Source: an uncultured Bdellovibrionales bacterium
GTDB taxonomy: Bacteria; Patescibacteriota; Minisyncoccia; Moranbacterales; UBA1568
DNA length: 38,511 nt
Assembly (NCBI GenBank): GCA_964385005.1
Contig: CAYLMF010000005.1
Location: 1 to 38,511, forward strand
Direction: 5' to 3'
Part shown: one piece after another, positions 26,191-35,247 of the stretch
Layout: every line of letters begins with the position of its first letter
Position numbering within the stretch: the first letter of the stretch is position 1
Position numbers and translations under genes: made by a program
Notes under the pieces: generated by a model
Told to the model about the DNA's origin: nothing
Seen by the model: the letters and a program-made list of their open reading frames with translations, nothing else
The model's database searches: none

Positions 26191-26595
26191 TTACCAAACC
26201 TTACAAAGATACTCTCCACCCAATCCTTTACTATAAGCCTTACCACCAGTCATTACCCCTTGTGAGGTAGAAAGAATAGCAATACCATAACCATTTTTTA
26301 CCTTTTTGACTTCGTTACTCTTCACATAAATTCGGCAACCTTCGGTACTGACACGGGTAATTTCTTGAATAGCTGGTACACGCTTAGTAGGGTTGACTTG
26401 GGTATAACGAAGACCGAGAACAAGAACAGCTTGGGCTCCTTCACCTTCCTTTTCAACTTTCTCAATAAAACCTTCCTGAAGGAGAACCTCAGCTATTTTG
26501 GTCTTAAATTTAGAAAGTGGAATACGCACACTCTTATGACCTACGGCCTGAGCGTTACGAATTCTTGTAATCATGTCTGCAATTGGATCGAGCAT
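26191..26595 (-). CDS. rpsH: 30S ribosomal protein S8
   Basis: MLDPIADMITRIRNA...GIAILSTSQGVMT...GGEYLCKVW. Confidence 0.95.
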   Translation of the reverse strand: MLDPIADMITRIRNAQAVGHKSVRIPLSKFKTKIAEVLLQEGFIEKVEKEGEGAQAVLVLGLRYTQVNPTKRVPAIQEITRVSTEGCRIYVKSNEVKKVKNGYGIAILSTSQGVMTGGKAYSKGLGGEYLCKVW

Positions 26596-26640
26596 ATTCT
26601 TATTCTTTAGAATGACATCGTCATTGAGTGAGTGTTGTTA

Positions 26641-26826
26641 TTACCAGGAAGCCTTCTTTACTCCAGGAATCAGTCCTGAGAGAGCAAGCTCTCGGAAACA
26701 GATACGACAGAGATCAAAGCGACGCATATACCCATGCTTACGACCGCACTTCCAACATCGTCGAACGATACGGCTCGAAAATTTTGGGGTTTTTAGTGCT
26801 CTCGCTTGGGTGGATGTTTTTGCCAT
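26641..26826 (-). CDS. rpsZ: 30S ribosomal protein S14, type Z (zinc-binding)
   Basis: 61 aa. [23 protein letters not shown] carries the CxxC...CxxC pattern. Confidence 0.95.
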   Translation of the reverse strand: MAKTSTQARALKTPKFSSRIVRRCWKCGRKHGYMRRFDLCRICFRELALSGLIPGVKKASW

Positions 26827-26844
26827 AGCAATTCTTTACTTCTA

Positions 26845-27399
26845 TTATTTAGTTTCCTCGTTCTGCAAAGGGAGTCCGATGAGGCGGAATAATGTGACAC
26901 CCTGTTCTTTGTTGGTAGCGGTTGTAACTATGTTAACTTGAAAGCTAAACAAATGCTGTACGGTCTCTGGGACAATTTCTGGAAAAACAGCATGTTCTTT
27001 GATACCGATATTGGCATTGCCATATGAATCAATCACGTTTTTGTGAAGACCTTGGAAGTCACGCACACGTGGCAAAGCGACAGTAAAGAGACGGTCCAAG
27101 AAACTCCACATACGATCACCATGAAGGGTTACGCGGGCGCCAATTTCTAATTCTTCACGAATCTTGAATCCAGCAATAGCCTTACGTGCACGTGTCATAA
27201 CTACCTTCTGTCCAGTAATCTTTTCAAGCGAAGCTACTACTTCGTCAACACGCTTAGAGTCTTTCAAAATCTTACCAACTCCGACGTTTACAACTACTTT
27301 AGCTACTTTAGGCAAAGCCATCGGATTGGTAATACCGAGACTTTTCTTAAGCTCTGGAAGAGCATTCTGATAGCGTTCTTTAATATTGGCAGTTTTCAT
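26845..27399 (-). CDS. rplE: 50S ribosomal protein L5
   Basis: KVVVNVGVG...ITGQKVVMTRARKAIAGFKIRE...LPRVRDFQG. Confidence 0.95.
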   Translation of the reverse strand: MKTANIKERYQNALPELKKSLGITNPMALPKVAKVVVNVGVGKILKDSKRVDEVVASLEKITGQKVVMTRARKAIAGFKIREELEIGARVTLHGDRMWSFLDRLFTVALPRVRDFQGLHKNVIDSYGNANIGIKEHAVFPEIVPETVQHLFSFQVNIVTTATNKEQGVTLFRLIGLPLQNEETK

Positions 27400-27413
27400 A
27401 ATTCTCTTTGAGC

Positions 27414-27716
27414 TTAGATAGCTTTACCTGATCGTTTACTAATACGAGTTTTTTCTCCGTCCTTCATGACAAAAGCTACACGAGTAGGCTTGTCAGTTTC
27501 CTTACACACCAACATGACATTAGAGATATGGATAGGAGCCTCTTTTTCTACGCGCTCACCCTTGGTAGTATTGGTAGGCTTGATATGACGCTTCATGATA
27601 TTAGCACCAGTTACCACTACCTTATCAAGGTGTGGGAAAACACGAAGAACCTGTCCGCGCTTACCGCGGTCTTTTCCGGCTATTACTTCTACTTGGTCTC
27701 CTTTTTTGATCTTCAT
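27414..27716 (-). CDS. rplX: 50S ribosomal protein L24
   Basis: MKIKKGDQVEVIAGKDRGKRGQVLRV KOW motif. Confidence 0.95.
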   Translation of the reverse strand: MKIKKGDQVEVIAGKDRGKRGQVLRVFPHLDKVVVTGANIMKRHIKPTNTTKGERVEKEAPIHISNVMLVCKETDKPTRVAFVMKDGEKTRISKRSGKAI

Positions 27717-27737
27717 AACATTTGGTATATCTAGCTT

Positions 27738-28109
27738 CTACAAAACTTCAGGGGCAAGTGACACAATCTTTGCATAACCCTTTTCACGGAGCTCACGGGC
27801 AACTGGCCCGAAGATACGTGTTCCTTTTGGATCTTTGTTGTTGCTATCAAGGATAACAGCAGCATTTTCATCAAAACGGATGTATGAGTTATCTTTACGA
27901 CGATAGGCACGTACTTGACGCACAATCACCGCCTTCACTTTATCACCCTTCTTTACAGATCCTCGTGGTTCAGCAGACTTCACTGAGGCAACAATAATGT
28001 CACCTACGCGCGCATAACGACGACGAGTTCCTCCAAGCACCTTAAAACACTTGATGAGCTTGGCACCACTGTTATCGGCAATTTTGAGCATGCTTTCTAC
28101 CTGAATCAT
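27738..28109 (-). CDS. rplN: 50S ribosomal protein L14
   Basis: [17 protein letters not shown]...[10 protein letters not shown]...IFGPVAREL. Confidence 0.97.
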   Translation of the reverse strand: MIQVESMLKIADNSGAKLIKCFKVLGGTRRRYARVGDIIVASVKSAEPRGSVKKGDKVKAVIVRQVRAYRRKDNSYIRFDENAAVILDSNNKDPKGTRIFGPVARELREKGYAKIVSLAPEVL

Positions 28110-28137
28110 AGACCTGAATTCCCTAAGGGATTAATTA

Positions 28138-28392
28138 CTATTGTTTTACTACCTGATGACGCTTGTCCTTACTGTATGGGCGACATTCCTGAAAAATGAC
28201 TGTGTCCCCTACTTTGTAAGCATTCTCTTCATCATGCACCTTATAACGCTTACTTGAGGTGTACTGCTTACGATACTTGGCGTGAGTCTTTAGGGTATTG
28301 ACCTTTACTACGATGGTCTTATCCATCACATCACTCACCACCACACCTTTGTGTGTTGGTACCTTCTTGATTTGAGTGCTTGTTGTATCCAT
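28138..28392 (-). CDS. rpsQ: 30S ribosomal protein S17
   Basis: KGVVVSDVMDKTIVVKV...HAKYRK...YKVHDEEN..VGDTV. Confidence 0.95.
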   Translation of the reverse strand: MDTTSTQIKKVPTHKGVVVSDVMDKTIVVKVNTLKTHAKYRKQYTSSKRYKVHDEENAYKVGDTVIFQECRPYSKDKRHQVVKQ

Positions 28393-28424
28393 AAATTTCT
28401 GCTTAGTAAAGATAAAGTCTAACC

Positions 28425-28634
28425 TTATTTCTCATTTACGTCAAGTGAGACTTCTTCCTGACGAGCGATAGTCTCTATACGAGCGATATCTTTCTTAATC
28501 TTCTTGAAATCACTCACATTCTTTGCTTCACGTGTAGCCATGTCAAAGCGAAGCTTGCGAGCCTGTTCCTTAAGGTCGATCAACGCCTGTGCGCGTTCCG
28601 TTTTAGATTTTTCCAACCATTCTTTTGCCTTCAT
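28425..28634 (-). CDS. rpmC: 50S ribosomal protein L29
   Basis: Helical 70-aa product (MKAKEWLEKSKTERAQALIDLKEQARKLRFDMA...). ATG at 28634 is preferred over the TTG-started extension to 28658, which overlaps rplP. Confidence 0.9.
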   Translation of the reverse strand: MKAKEWLEKSKTERAQALIDLKEQARKLRFDMATREAKNVSDFKKIKKDIARIETIARQEEVSLDVNEK

Positions 28635-28644
28635 AATCGTTTCC

Positions 28645-29058
28645 TTATTGTTTCTCAATAAAACGGGTCTTCACTGCTAGTTTGTGAGCTGCAAGACGCA
28701 TAGCTTCTTGAGCTGCTTCCTTACTTACTCCATCGAGCTCAAACAAAACTTTCCCTGAGCGAATCTTCGCTACGAAGTGATCCACACTTCCCTTACCTTT
28801 ACCCATAGGGGTTTGCTCACCCTTTTTGGTCATTGGCTTATCTGGAAAAATACGTATCCACACCTTACCACCACGCTGGATAGAGCGAGTCATCGCACGA
28901 CGAGCAGCTTCAATCTGACGAGCAGAGATAATTCCTTGTTCAGTAGCCTTAAGACCAAAGCTTCCAAAGCTTACCTTATCACCACGGTTTGCTGGTGACT
29001 TAAACCAACCACCACGGTGGATTTTTCGATGCTTTACTTTTCTTGGTTGGAGTAACAT
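28645..29058 (-). CDS. rplP: 50S ribosomal protein L16
   Basis: [16 protein letters not shown]...[13 protein letters not shown]...[14 protein letters not shown]...MGKGKG. Confidence 0.97.
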   Translation of the reverse strand: MLLQPRKVKHRKIHRGGWFKSPANRGDKVSFGSFGLKATEQGIISARQIEAARRAMTRSIQRGGKVWIRIFPDKPMTKKGEQTPMGKGKGSVDHFVAKIRSGKVLFELDGVSKEAAQEAMRLAAHKLAVKTRFIEKQ

Positions 29059-29082
29059 AGGCGTATCTTTGTATAGCGAATA

Positions 29083-29751
29083 CTATTCTTGTTCTTCTTT
29101 TAGAGCTTCTTTAAACTTTTCTCCCTTATAAATCCAGACTTTGATACCGATTACACCGTAGGTGGTGTTTGCCTCATAGCGAGAGAAATCGATATCAGCA
29201 CGGAGAGTATGAAGAGGAATTTTTCCTCGTGAGAGCCATTCACGGCGTGACATTTCAGCACCACCGAGACGACCTGAGAGTTCAATCTTTACTCCCTCCA
29301 CTCCCTTATTAGCCTCTACTTGGTCAAGCATACCCTTAAGGATACGACGGAAAGGGATACGACGCTCAAGCTGTTCAGCAACCTGCTGAGCAACAAGCAT
29401 AGCATTGGCCTCTGCCTGCTTAACTTCTTGTACCTCTACCTTGAGATCAATCTTCTTGCCAGCAAAAAAGCTCTTTTTGACTACACGAGTCAAGTCTTCA
29501 ATACCAGTACCACCACGACCGATAAGCACACCTGGGCGAGAAGTTTCAATAATCAAACGAAGGGCGTTAGCTGAACGTTCAATGCCGACAGATGCTATTG
29601 CTGCAGCCTTCCACTTCTTCATGATCAACTCACGCATTTCTACGTCTTTTTTGAGCTGCTCACGATACATTTTCTTATCACCAAACCAGCGTGACTGCCA
29701 GCCCGTTGTGATTCCAAGACGTATACCTGTTGGATTTACTTTATGTCCCAT
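29083..29751 (-). CDS. rpsC: 30S ribosomal protein S3
   Basis: MGHKVNPTGIRLG...GVLIGRGG (KH)...LSGRLGGAEMSRREW. Confidence 0.97.
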   Translation of the reverse strand: MGHKVNPTGIRLGITTGWQSRWFGDKKMYREQLKKDVEMRELIMKKWKAAAIASVGIERSANALRLIIETSRPGVLIGRGGTGIEDLTRVVKKSFFAGKKIDLKVEVQEVKQAEANAMLVAQQVAEQLERRIPFRRILKGMLDQVEANKGVEGVKIELSGRLGGAEMSRREWLSRGKIPLHTLRADIDFSRYEANTTYGVIGIKVWIYKGEKFKEALKEEQE

Positions 29752-29753
29752 AA

Positions 29754-30254
29754 TTATACTGATTTTCTTTGAAATACTTTAGTCACTTTAGCAGCTTGTG
29801 TTGGAGCTGAACCAGCTTTCTCTTCTGCGAGTGTACGCTTCTTAGGAGCAGCTACCTTCTTAGGAGTAACGCTTTCTGAAACAGCCTCGTTTTTCTTTGG
29901 CTCTACACGTCCCTTACCCTCTACTTTTTCATCGAGGATAATGGTTACATGACAACCGCGACGAAGCAAAGGAGTGGCACGACCAAAAGCTCGTGGCAAC
30001 CAACGCTTGAGTGTAGCAGCTTCACCTACCTGGATATCAGCCACATACAGATTCTCTTCAGCCAAGCCAAAGTTATTCACAGCATTCGCTACAGCACTCT
30101 TCAAAAGCATAGCAATTGGTCCAGAAGACTTCTTTACCTGCTTTGAAAGCTGAATAGCTGCTTCCCTGGCATCAATACCCACCAATCCACGAGTAACAAG
30201 ACGCGTTTTGCGAGCAGAGATTCTTAGATTTTTGAGTTTGGCTTGTACTTTCAT
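29754..30254 (-). CDS. rplV: 50S ribosomal protein L22 with a roughly 55-aa Lys/Ala-rich C-terminal extension
   Basis: AKLKNLRISARKTRLVTRGLVG...KRWLPRAFGRATPLLRRGCHVTIIL, followed by the tail EKVEGKGRVEPKKNE...KVFQRKSV. Confidence 0.95.
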   Translation of the reverse strand: MKVQAKLKNLRISARKTRLVTRGLVGIDAREAAIQLSKQVKKSSGPIAMLLKSAVANAVNNFGLAEENLYVADIQVGEAATLKRWLPRAFGRATPLLRRGCHVTIILDEKVEGKGRVEPKKNEAVSESVTPKKVAAPKKRTLAEEKAGSAPTQAAKVTKVFQRKSV

Positions 30255-30259
30255 AAAAA

Positions 30260-30601
30260 CTATTTCTTAGCATTCTGAGAAGCTTTGGCAGCCTTAGCGG
30301 CATCCAATTCTCTTTGTTTAGCTGCTTGTTCGAGTTCCTTCTGCATCTTACCTCCATGACGGTAGAACTTACGAGTTGGAGAAAATTCTCCTAGACGATG
30401 ACCTACCATTTCTTCAGTCACAAAAACGCTGATATGTTCTCGTCCATTGTGAACACCGAAAGTAAAACCTACCATTTCAGGAGCAATAACACAGGCTCTT
30501 GACCAGGTTTTGATAATTTCGCGATCACCAAGCTTACGTCCTTCAACTTTCTTGAGAACTCGGGGATCTACATATGGACCTTTTTTGAGACTACGAGACA
30601 T
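30260..30601 (-). CDS. rpsS: 30S ribosomal protein S19 with a C-terminal basic extension
   Basis: [12 protein letters not shown]...[43 protein letters not shown]. Confidence 0.97.
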   Translation of the reverse strand: MSRSLKKGPYVDPRVLKKVEGRKLGDREIIKTWSRACVIAPEMVGFTFGVHNGREHISVFVTEEMVGHRLGEFSPTRKFYRHGGKMQKELEQAAKQRELDAAKAAKASQNAKK

Positions 30602-30612
30602 AGATTCTACAA

Positions 30613-31440
30613 TTATTTACTACTACGACGACGGACAATATATTTGTTGCTTGGATTCTTCTTCTTACGGGTCTTCTTACCAAGCGCTGGCTTACCCCAT
30701 GGAGTCTTCGGATGCATACCGAGTGGCTGACGTCCTTCTCCACCACCATGTGGGTGATCTACTGGGTTCATAGCAGAACCGCGAACTGCTGGACGCTTGT
30801 TCATATGACGGGCACGTCCGGCCTTACCGATAGTGACAGCACTGTGTTCGAAGTTACTTACTTGGCCGATAGTAGCATAACAATCCTTATTTACCAAACG
30901 GATTTCTCCAGAAGTCAGCTTTACCTGTGCCATCGGACCATCAAGAGCCATGAGAGTTGCCTGAGTTCCAGCGCTACGGACAATCTGTCCACCCTTACCT
31001 ACTTTAAGTTCAATATTACAAATAATGGTACCGGTTGGGATATTCTTAAGTGGAAGTCGGTTACCATCTTCAATTGGTGACTCTTCTCCAGAAACAACCA
31101 TCTGGCCTGCTCGCATTTTTTGAGTAGCAAGGATATAACGCTTCTCACCATCTACGTAGTTTATCAAAGCAATCAAACCTGAACGATTTGGATCTTTTTC
31201 AATACTGGCAATTTTACCAGGAATACCCAGTTTGTCCTGACGAAAGTCAATCACACGGAAGCGACGCTTATGTCCACCACCCTGGTGACGAACTGAGATC
31301 TTACCATGAGAACGTCCTCCGCGCTTCTTATAAGGAGCCAAAAGAGACTTCTCTGGAGCACGGTCAGTCACAGCCTCTGGTTTGACCACAGACATGTTGC
31401 GGCGACCCGCGTTATTTCTTTTGTAGATTTTTATTGCCAT
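30613..31440 (-). CDS. rplB: 50S ribosomal protein L2
   Basis: [23 protein letters not shown]...[14 protein letters not shown]. Confidence 0.97.
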   Translation of the reverse strand: MAIKIYKRNNAGRRNMSVVKPEAVTDRAPEKSLLAPYKKRGGRSHGKISVRHQGGGHKRRFRVIDFRQDKLGIPGKIASIEKDPNRSGLIALINYVDGEKRYILATQKMRAGQMVVSGEESPIEDGNRLPLKNIPTGTIICNIELKVGKGGQIVRSAGTQATLMALDGPMAQVKLTSGEIRLVNKDCYATIGQVSNFEHSAVTIGKAGRARHMNKRPAVRGSAMNPVDHPHGGGEGRQPLGMHPKTPWGKPALGKKTRKKKNPSNKYIVRRRSSK

Positions 31441-31461
31441 AACGTTCTGTATCGGAAAATG

Positions 31462-31824
31462 TTACAATCCTGCTTTAAAAAGTTCTAATGACTGACCCTC
31501 TGAAAGAGTGACGTATGCCTTCTTTACAGATTTCTGCTTACCAGGAGTTTGATTGCGACCAAAAGCCTTTGTCTTTCCTGGCAGATTGACTATATTTACT
31601 GCAACCACATCTACACCGTAGACTTCCTTGATAGCGCGCTTTACAGAAAGCTTTGTAGCGGTGCTTGCTACATGGAAAACATACTTTCCTTTTGCACCTT
31701 CTACGTATGCCTTCTCAGTAATACGAGGCTTCAAGAGCACATGGAAAGCTACGCCTGTCTGATTGACAGAGGTAGACTTCTTTGCGGCCTTCTTCTTTGT
31801 AGTTGTCTTTGCAAGTATTGCCAT
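31462..31824 (-). CDS. rplW: 50S ribosomal protein L23 with a basic N-terminal extension
   Basis: LLKPRITEKA......YVFHVASTATKLSVKRAIKEVYGVDVVAVNIVN; operon position between L4 and L2. Confidence 0.93.
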   Translation of the reverse strand: MAILAKTTTKKKAAKKSTSVNQTGVAFHVLLKPRITEKAYVEGAKGKYVFHVASTATKLSVKRAIKEVYGVDVVAVNIVNLPGKTKAFGRNQTPGKQKSVKKAYVTLSEGQSLELFKAGL

Positions 31825-31834
31825 AGTCGTAAAA

Positions 31835-32476
31835 TTATTTCTCCCAAGCAGTAAAACGTTTAGCGAGTGCTTCGATACCAGCTACTGAAGTAAGCACATA
31901 TTCGCTATTCAACAACTCTACTACATTGAGGTTTTCTGCCAATGTATTCTTTGTGCGCTGCGTGTTACGGATAACGCGAGCAGAAGCAAATTCATCTTGT
32001 GCAAAAGCTACTACTACGCTTTTATTTTCCATTCCAAGAGCAGTACGAGTAGCCACAAATGACTTCGTTTTCATTTCAGGAAATACCAATGTCTCAAGAA
32101 GAACGAGCTTACCAGCACGAATCTTTTCTGCCAAAGCAATCATAACTGCCTTCTGACGCATCTTCTTATTGGTGTCTTTACCATAGTTTTCCTCCTTACG
32201 AGGACCAAATACGACACCACCCTTACGCCAAACAGGGTTACGCACTTCACCAACGCGAGCACGTCCAGTTCCCTTTTGTTTCCAAGGCTTTCTACCAGAA
32301 CCAGCACGCTCTGAACGATCCTTTGTGTGAGCAATAGTCTGACGTTCATTAGCAGTCAAAGCAACGTATACTTGATGAAGCAATACATCGTTTGATGGCA
32401 AACCAAACACGGCTTCTGAAAGCTCTATGTCTTTGGTCTTCTTACCAGAAAAATTGTTGACGGCTACCTGTATCAT
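31835..32476 (-). CDS. rplD: 50S ribosomal protein L4
   Basis: HTKDRSERAGSGRKPWKQKGTGRARVGEVRNPVWRKGGVVFGP. Confidence 0.97.
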   Translation of the reverse strand: MIQVAVNNFSGKKTKDIELSEAVFGLPSNDVLLHQVYVALTANERQTIAHTKDRSERAGSGRKPWKQKGTGRARVGEVRNPVWRKGGVVFGPRKEENYGKDTNKKMRQKAVMIALAEKIRAGKLVLLETLVFPEMKTKSFVATRTALGMENKSVVVAFAQDEFASARVIRNTQRTKNTLAENLNVVELLNSEYVLTSVAGIEALAKRFTAWEK

Positions 32477-32489
32477 AAAATTCTTTAGT

Positions 32490-33092
32490 TTATGCTCCCA
32501 CTATCTTAACAATACGTCCATTGACTCCTGGTACAGCTCCCTTAACGCCGATAAGTCCTTCTTCGATATTCACGTACACAACATGGAGATTCTGCACAGT
32601 CATTTTTTCACCACCCATACGGCCAGCCATACGACGACCCTTAATAACGTGTTCTGGGAATGTAGCACCGATAGAACCAGGCTTTCGCATATCATGCTTA
32701 CGTCCATGAGAGGCAGGTGCACCGCGGAAATTGTAACGCTTGACTACACCCTGAAAGCCCTTAGCTTTTGTAGTGCCAGTAATATGAACTTTCTCTCCTA
32801 CGCTAAACTGATCAACTGAAAGAGTAGAACCCTCTTCAATAGCTTCAAGTTCATTGAGAGCTGCTGCTTTAGATTCTTCTGTCTTATTCTTATCTACACG
32901 AAATTCTGATACTGCATTTTTGCGACTTGTTTTTTCGGTTGTAAGCTGGATAGCTGAGTAACCATTCTTAGCTTCAGTCAACTTACGACTTACCTTGTTT
33001 GGAGTACACTCGATAAGTGTCACATTTAAAGCTCCCTTTTCTTCATCGAAAAGAGTAGTCATTCCAAGTTTTTTGCCGATCAGAAATTTCAT
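32490..33092 (-). CDS. rplC: 50S ribosomal protein L3
   Basis: MKFLIGKKLGMTTLF...TKAKGFQGVVKRYNFRG.PASHG....R.PGSIG. ATG at 33092 is preferred over the TTG-started extension to 33119. Confidence 0.95.
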   Translation of the reverse strand: MKFLIGKKLGMTTLFDEEKGALNVTLIECTPNKVSRKLTEAKNGYSAIQLTTEKTSRKNAVSEFRVDKNKTEESKAAALNELEAIEEGSTLSVDQFSVGEKVHITGTTKAKGFQGVVKRYNFRGAPASHGRKHDMRKPGSIGATFPEHVIKGRRMAGRMGGEKMTVQNLHVVYVNIEEGLIGVKGAVPGVNGRIVKIVGA

Positions 33093-33300
33093 ATCGTTCA
33101 AACTACATTTAGTAAACAAAAAACTGACTTTCTAAACTAGCCAGTTTCTCTTAGAAAAAAGAAACGTTGGCCCATGCAGTATCTTTTCCTCAACCGACAC
33201 TTTACTACGAGGATTAGACTAGCACGAGTTACTGGTGAAGACTTCTTCTCAACAACTGATCCCTCGTGGATAGGCTCTTGAGAAGAAATCTTCTCTTAAA
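33093..33300 (-). promoter_or_regulatory. unusually long (208 nt) structured spacer between rpsJ and rplC; candidate cis-regulatory leader or attenuator
   Basis: Minus-strand hairpins: gagaag-attt-cttctc directly after the rpsJ stop; the long-range pair acgagg(g)at / atcctcgt enclosing about 45 nt; gtttct-n10-agaaac; and a weak stem followed by TTTTTT about 25 nt before the rplC ATG. No ORF above 12 codons. Confidence 0.25.
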
Positions 33301-33630
33301 TTACATTTTTATTTCCACGTCGACTCCAGCTGGGAGATCGAGGTTGGTAAGGTTATCAATAGTCTTTGCAGATGGATTCACAATGTCGATAAGACGTTTG
33401 TGAACACGCATTTCAAACTGATCGCGAGAATTTTTGTGAACAAAAGTAGATTTGTTGACAGTCATTCTGTGGATTTCTGTTGGCAATGGAACTGGACCTG
33501 TAATCTCGGCTCCGGTGCGTTCTGCTGTTTCGACAATTTTACGAGCCGATTGATCAACAATCTTATGATCGTACGCCTTAATCTTAATGCGTACTCGGAG
33601 CGTATTTTGTGCAACTTCTGTTTTTTTCAT
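33301..33630 (-). CDS. rpsJ: 30S ribosomal protein S10
   Basis: [40 protein letters not shown]....[25 protein letters not shown]. Confidence 0.97.
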   Translation of the reverse strand: MKKTEVAQNTLRVRIKIKAYDHKIVDQSARKIVETAERTGAEITGPVPLPTEIHRMTVNKSTFVHKNSRDQFEMRVHKRLIDIVNPSAKTIDNLTNLDLPAGVDVEIKM

Positions 33631-33641
33631 GAGAGTCTTTA

Positions 33642-33669
33642 AATATACTTGTGTTCCTTTTCAAGTGAA
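33642..33669 (-). promoter_or_regulatory. candidate promoter for the S10 cluster (TTCACT-n16-TATATT)
   Basis: Minus strand reads TTCACTtgaaaaggaacacaagTATATTtaaagactctcATG. Hexamer matches only, with an 11-nt leader. Confidence 0.2.
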
Positions 33670-33674
33670 CATTG

Positions 33675-33703
33675 GTGGGGACAATGTCTCCATTGTCCGC
33701 CAC
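33675..33703 (-). other. strong 12-bp hairpin between tuf and rpsJ with no U-tract (processing/stability element or atypical terminator)
   Basis: gtgg-ggacaatg-tctc-cattgtcc-g-ccac, read directly; starts 17 nt downstream of the tuf stop. Confidence 0.5.
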
Positions 33704-33719
33704 ACAGTTACCTCGAAAT

Positions 33720-34910
33720 TTACTTGATAACCTTTACTACTACACCAGCACCTACTGTGCGTCCACCTTCGCGGATAGCGAAGCGTGATCCGTCTTCGAG
33801 AGCTACTGGAGCAAGCAATTTAACCTTAAAGTTAATTGTATCACCAGGCATTACCATTTCGGTTCCTTCTGGAAGTTCTACTTCTCCGGTTACATCAGTA
33901 GTACGGATGTAGAACTGAGGCTTGTAACCCTTGAAGAAAGGAGTGTGACGTCCACCTTCTTCTTTAGAGAGGATATATACCTCTGCTTCGAATTCAGTGT
34001 GAGGAGTGATAGAGCCAGTCTTAGCAAGCACCTGTCCACGCTCTACATCTTCCTTCTTGATACCACGGATAAGGATACCGGCGTTATCACCACAAAGACC
34101 CTTATCAAGAGACTTGTTGAACATTTCAATACCAGTCACAACAGTCTTCTGAGTGTCGCGGAGACCAACGATTTCTACTTCTTCGTTCAAGCTGATCATA
34201 CCACGCTCGATACGTCCGGTAACTACAGTACCACGACCTTCGATTGAGAAGATATCTTCGATAGGAAGAAGGAAAGGCTTCTCAGTGTCACGAACAGGCT
34301 CAGGGATCTTGGTATCAAGAGCAGCCATCAAATCCCAGATAGGCTTAGCTTCTGCACTGTCAGCGTCTGTAGACTCAAGAGCCTTCAAAGCAGATCCGCG
34401 AACTACAGTAGCGTTAGCACCATCAAATTCATACTTAGAAAGGAGTTCACGTACTTCTTCTTCTACAAGGTCTACGAGCTCTGCGTCGTCTACCATATCT
34501 ACCTTGTTGAGGAAAACTACGATTTCTGGCACACCAACCTGACGAGCAAGCAAGATATGCTCGCGAGTCTGAGGCATAGGACCATCAGTAGCTGAAACTA
34601 CGATGATAGCACCATCCATCTGAGCAGCACCAGTGATCATGTTCTTGATATAGTCAGCGTGACCAGGACAGTCAACGTGAGCATAGTGACGAGCTTCTGT
34701 TTCGTATTCACAGTGAGCGGTAGCAATAGTAATACCACGATCACGCTCTTCAGGAGCCTTGTCGATTTCATCAATACCACGTTCTTTTGCAAAACCCTTC
34801 ATGCTCAAAACATGCAAGATAGCTGCTGTAAGAGTAGTCTTACCATGGTCAACATGACCAATAGTACCGACGTTTACATGGGGCTTGGTGCGCTGAAACT
34901 GCTCTGCCAT
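33720..34910 (-). CDS. tuf: elongation factor Tu
   Basis: 396 aa. [18 protein letters not shown] and NKVD G-motifs; C-terminal [15 protein letters not shown]. Confidence 0.99.
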   Translation of the reverse strand: MAEQFQRTKPHVNVGTIGHVDHGKTTLTAAILHVLSMKGFAKERGIDEIDKAPEERDRGITIATAHCEYETEARHYAHVDCPGHADYIKNMITGAAQMDGAIIVVSATDGPMPQTREHILLARQVGVPEIVVFLNKVDMVDDAELVDLVEEEVRELLSKYEFDGANATVVRGSALKALESTDADSAEAKPIWDLMAALDTKIPEPVRDTEKPFLLPIEDIFSIEGRGTVVTGRIERGMISLNEEVEIVGLRDTQKTVVTGIEMFNKSLDKGLCGDNAGILIRGIKKEDVERGQVLAKTGSITPHTEFEAEVYILSKEEGGRHTPFFKGYKPQFYIRTTDVTGEVELPEGTEMVMPGDTINFKVKLLAPVALEDGSRFAIREGGRTVGAGVVVKVIK

Positions 34911-35112
34911 ATATTTAGTGGACCATACAGTTTTTCTTTCTAATAAAGAAAATATGCAGGTATATTCCTAAAAAATTAGTTCTTATAATTATTTTTACTT
35001 TTTTGCTTGTTTTTCCTTTTCCTAAGGTCTTTTTTACTCAGAAAAAGAAAAAAGCTTGTTCAAAAAGCGTCACAAAGAATAATAACAACTGAAGAGAATA
35101 CTGTCAAGTTTA

Positions 35113-35141
35113 CCCGCCCTATTTGCGAAGCTATAGGCGGG
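35113..35141. other. GC-rich hairpin (9 bp, one bulge) in the tuf upstream region; orientation ambiguous
   Basis: cccgcc(c)tat-ttgcgaagc-tataggcggg. It is followed on the + strand by cttttatc and preceded by no A-run, so the U-rich tail fits the + strand better than the - strand. Confidence 0.4.
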
Positions 35142-35198
35142 CTTTTATCAAAAATACCGCATTCACCTCTTGTCTATCTTATAAAAATCCCCTATCTA

Positions 35199-35240
35199 AA
35201 AGAAAAAGTGCGTGGTGGGGACCAATTTCCCCACCCGCAC
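35199..35240 (-). terminator. rho-independent terminator of the 87-aa ORF
   Basis: Minus strand reads gtgcg-ggtgggga-aattgg-tccccacc-a-cgcac followed by TTTTTCTTTT. The stem starts 7 nt after the TGA stop. Confidence 0.85.
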
Positions 35241-35247
35241 TCGCCGC

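Noticed and set aside
24284-26236. Long + strand ORFs opposite the ribosomal protein genes (24284..24673, 24710..24964, 24965..25267, 25296..25634, 25850..26236). The same pattern is seen at 29405..29782, 34153..34542, 36668..37087 and 13147..13602.
   Set aside because: They lie antisense to strongly supported conserved genes. Their composition is low-complexity and Ser/Thr/Arg-rich, as is typical of shadow frames. They carry no recognisable motifs.
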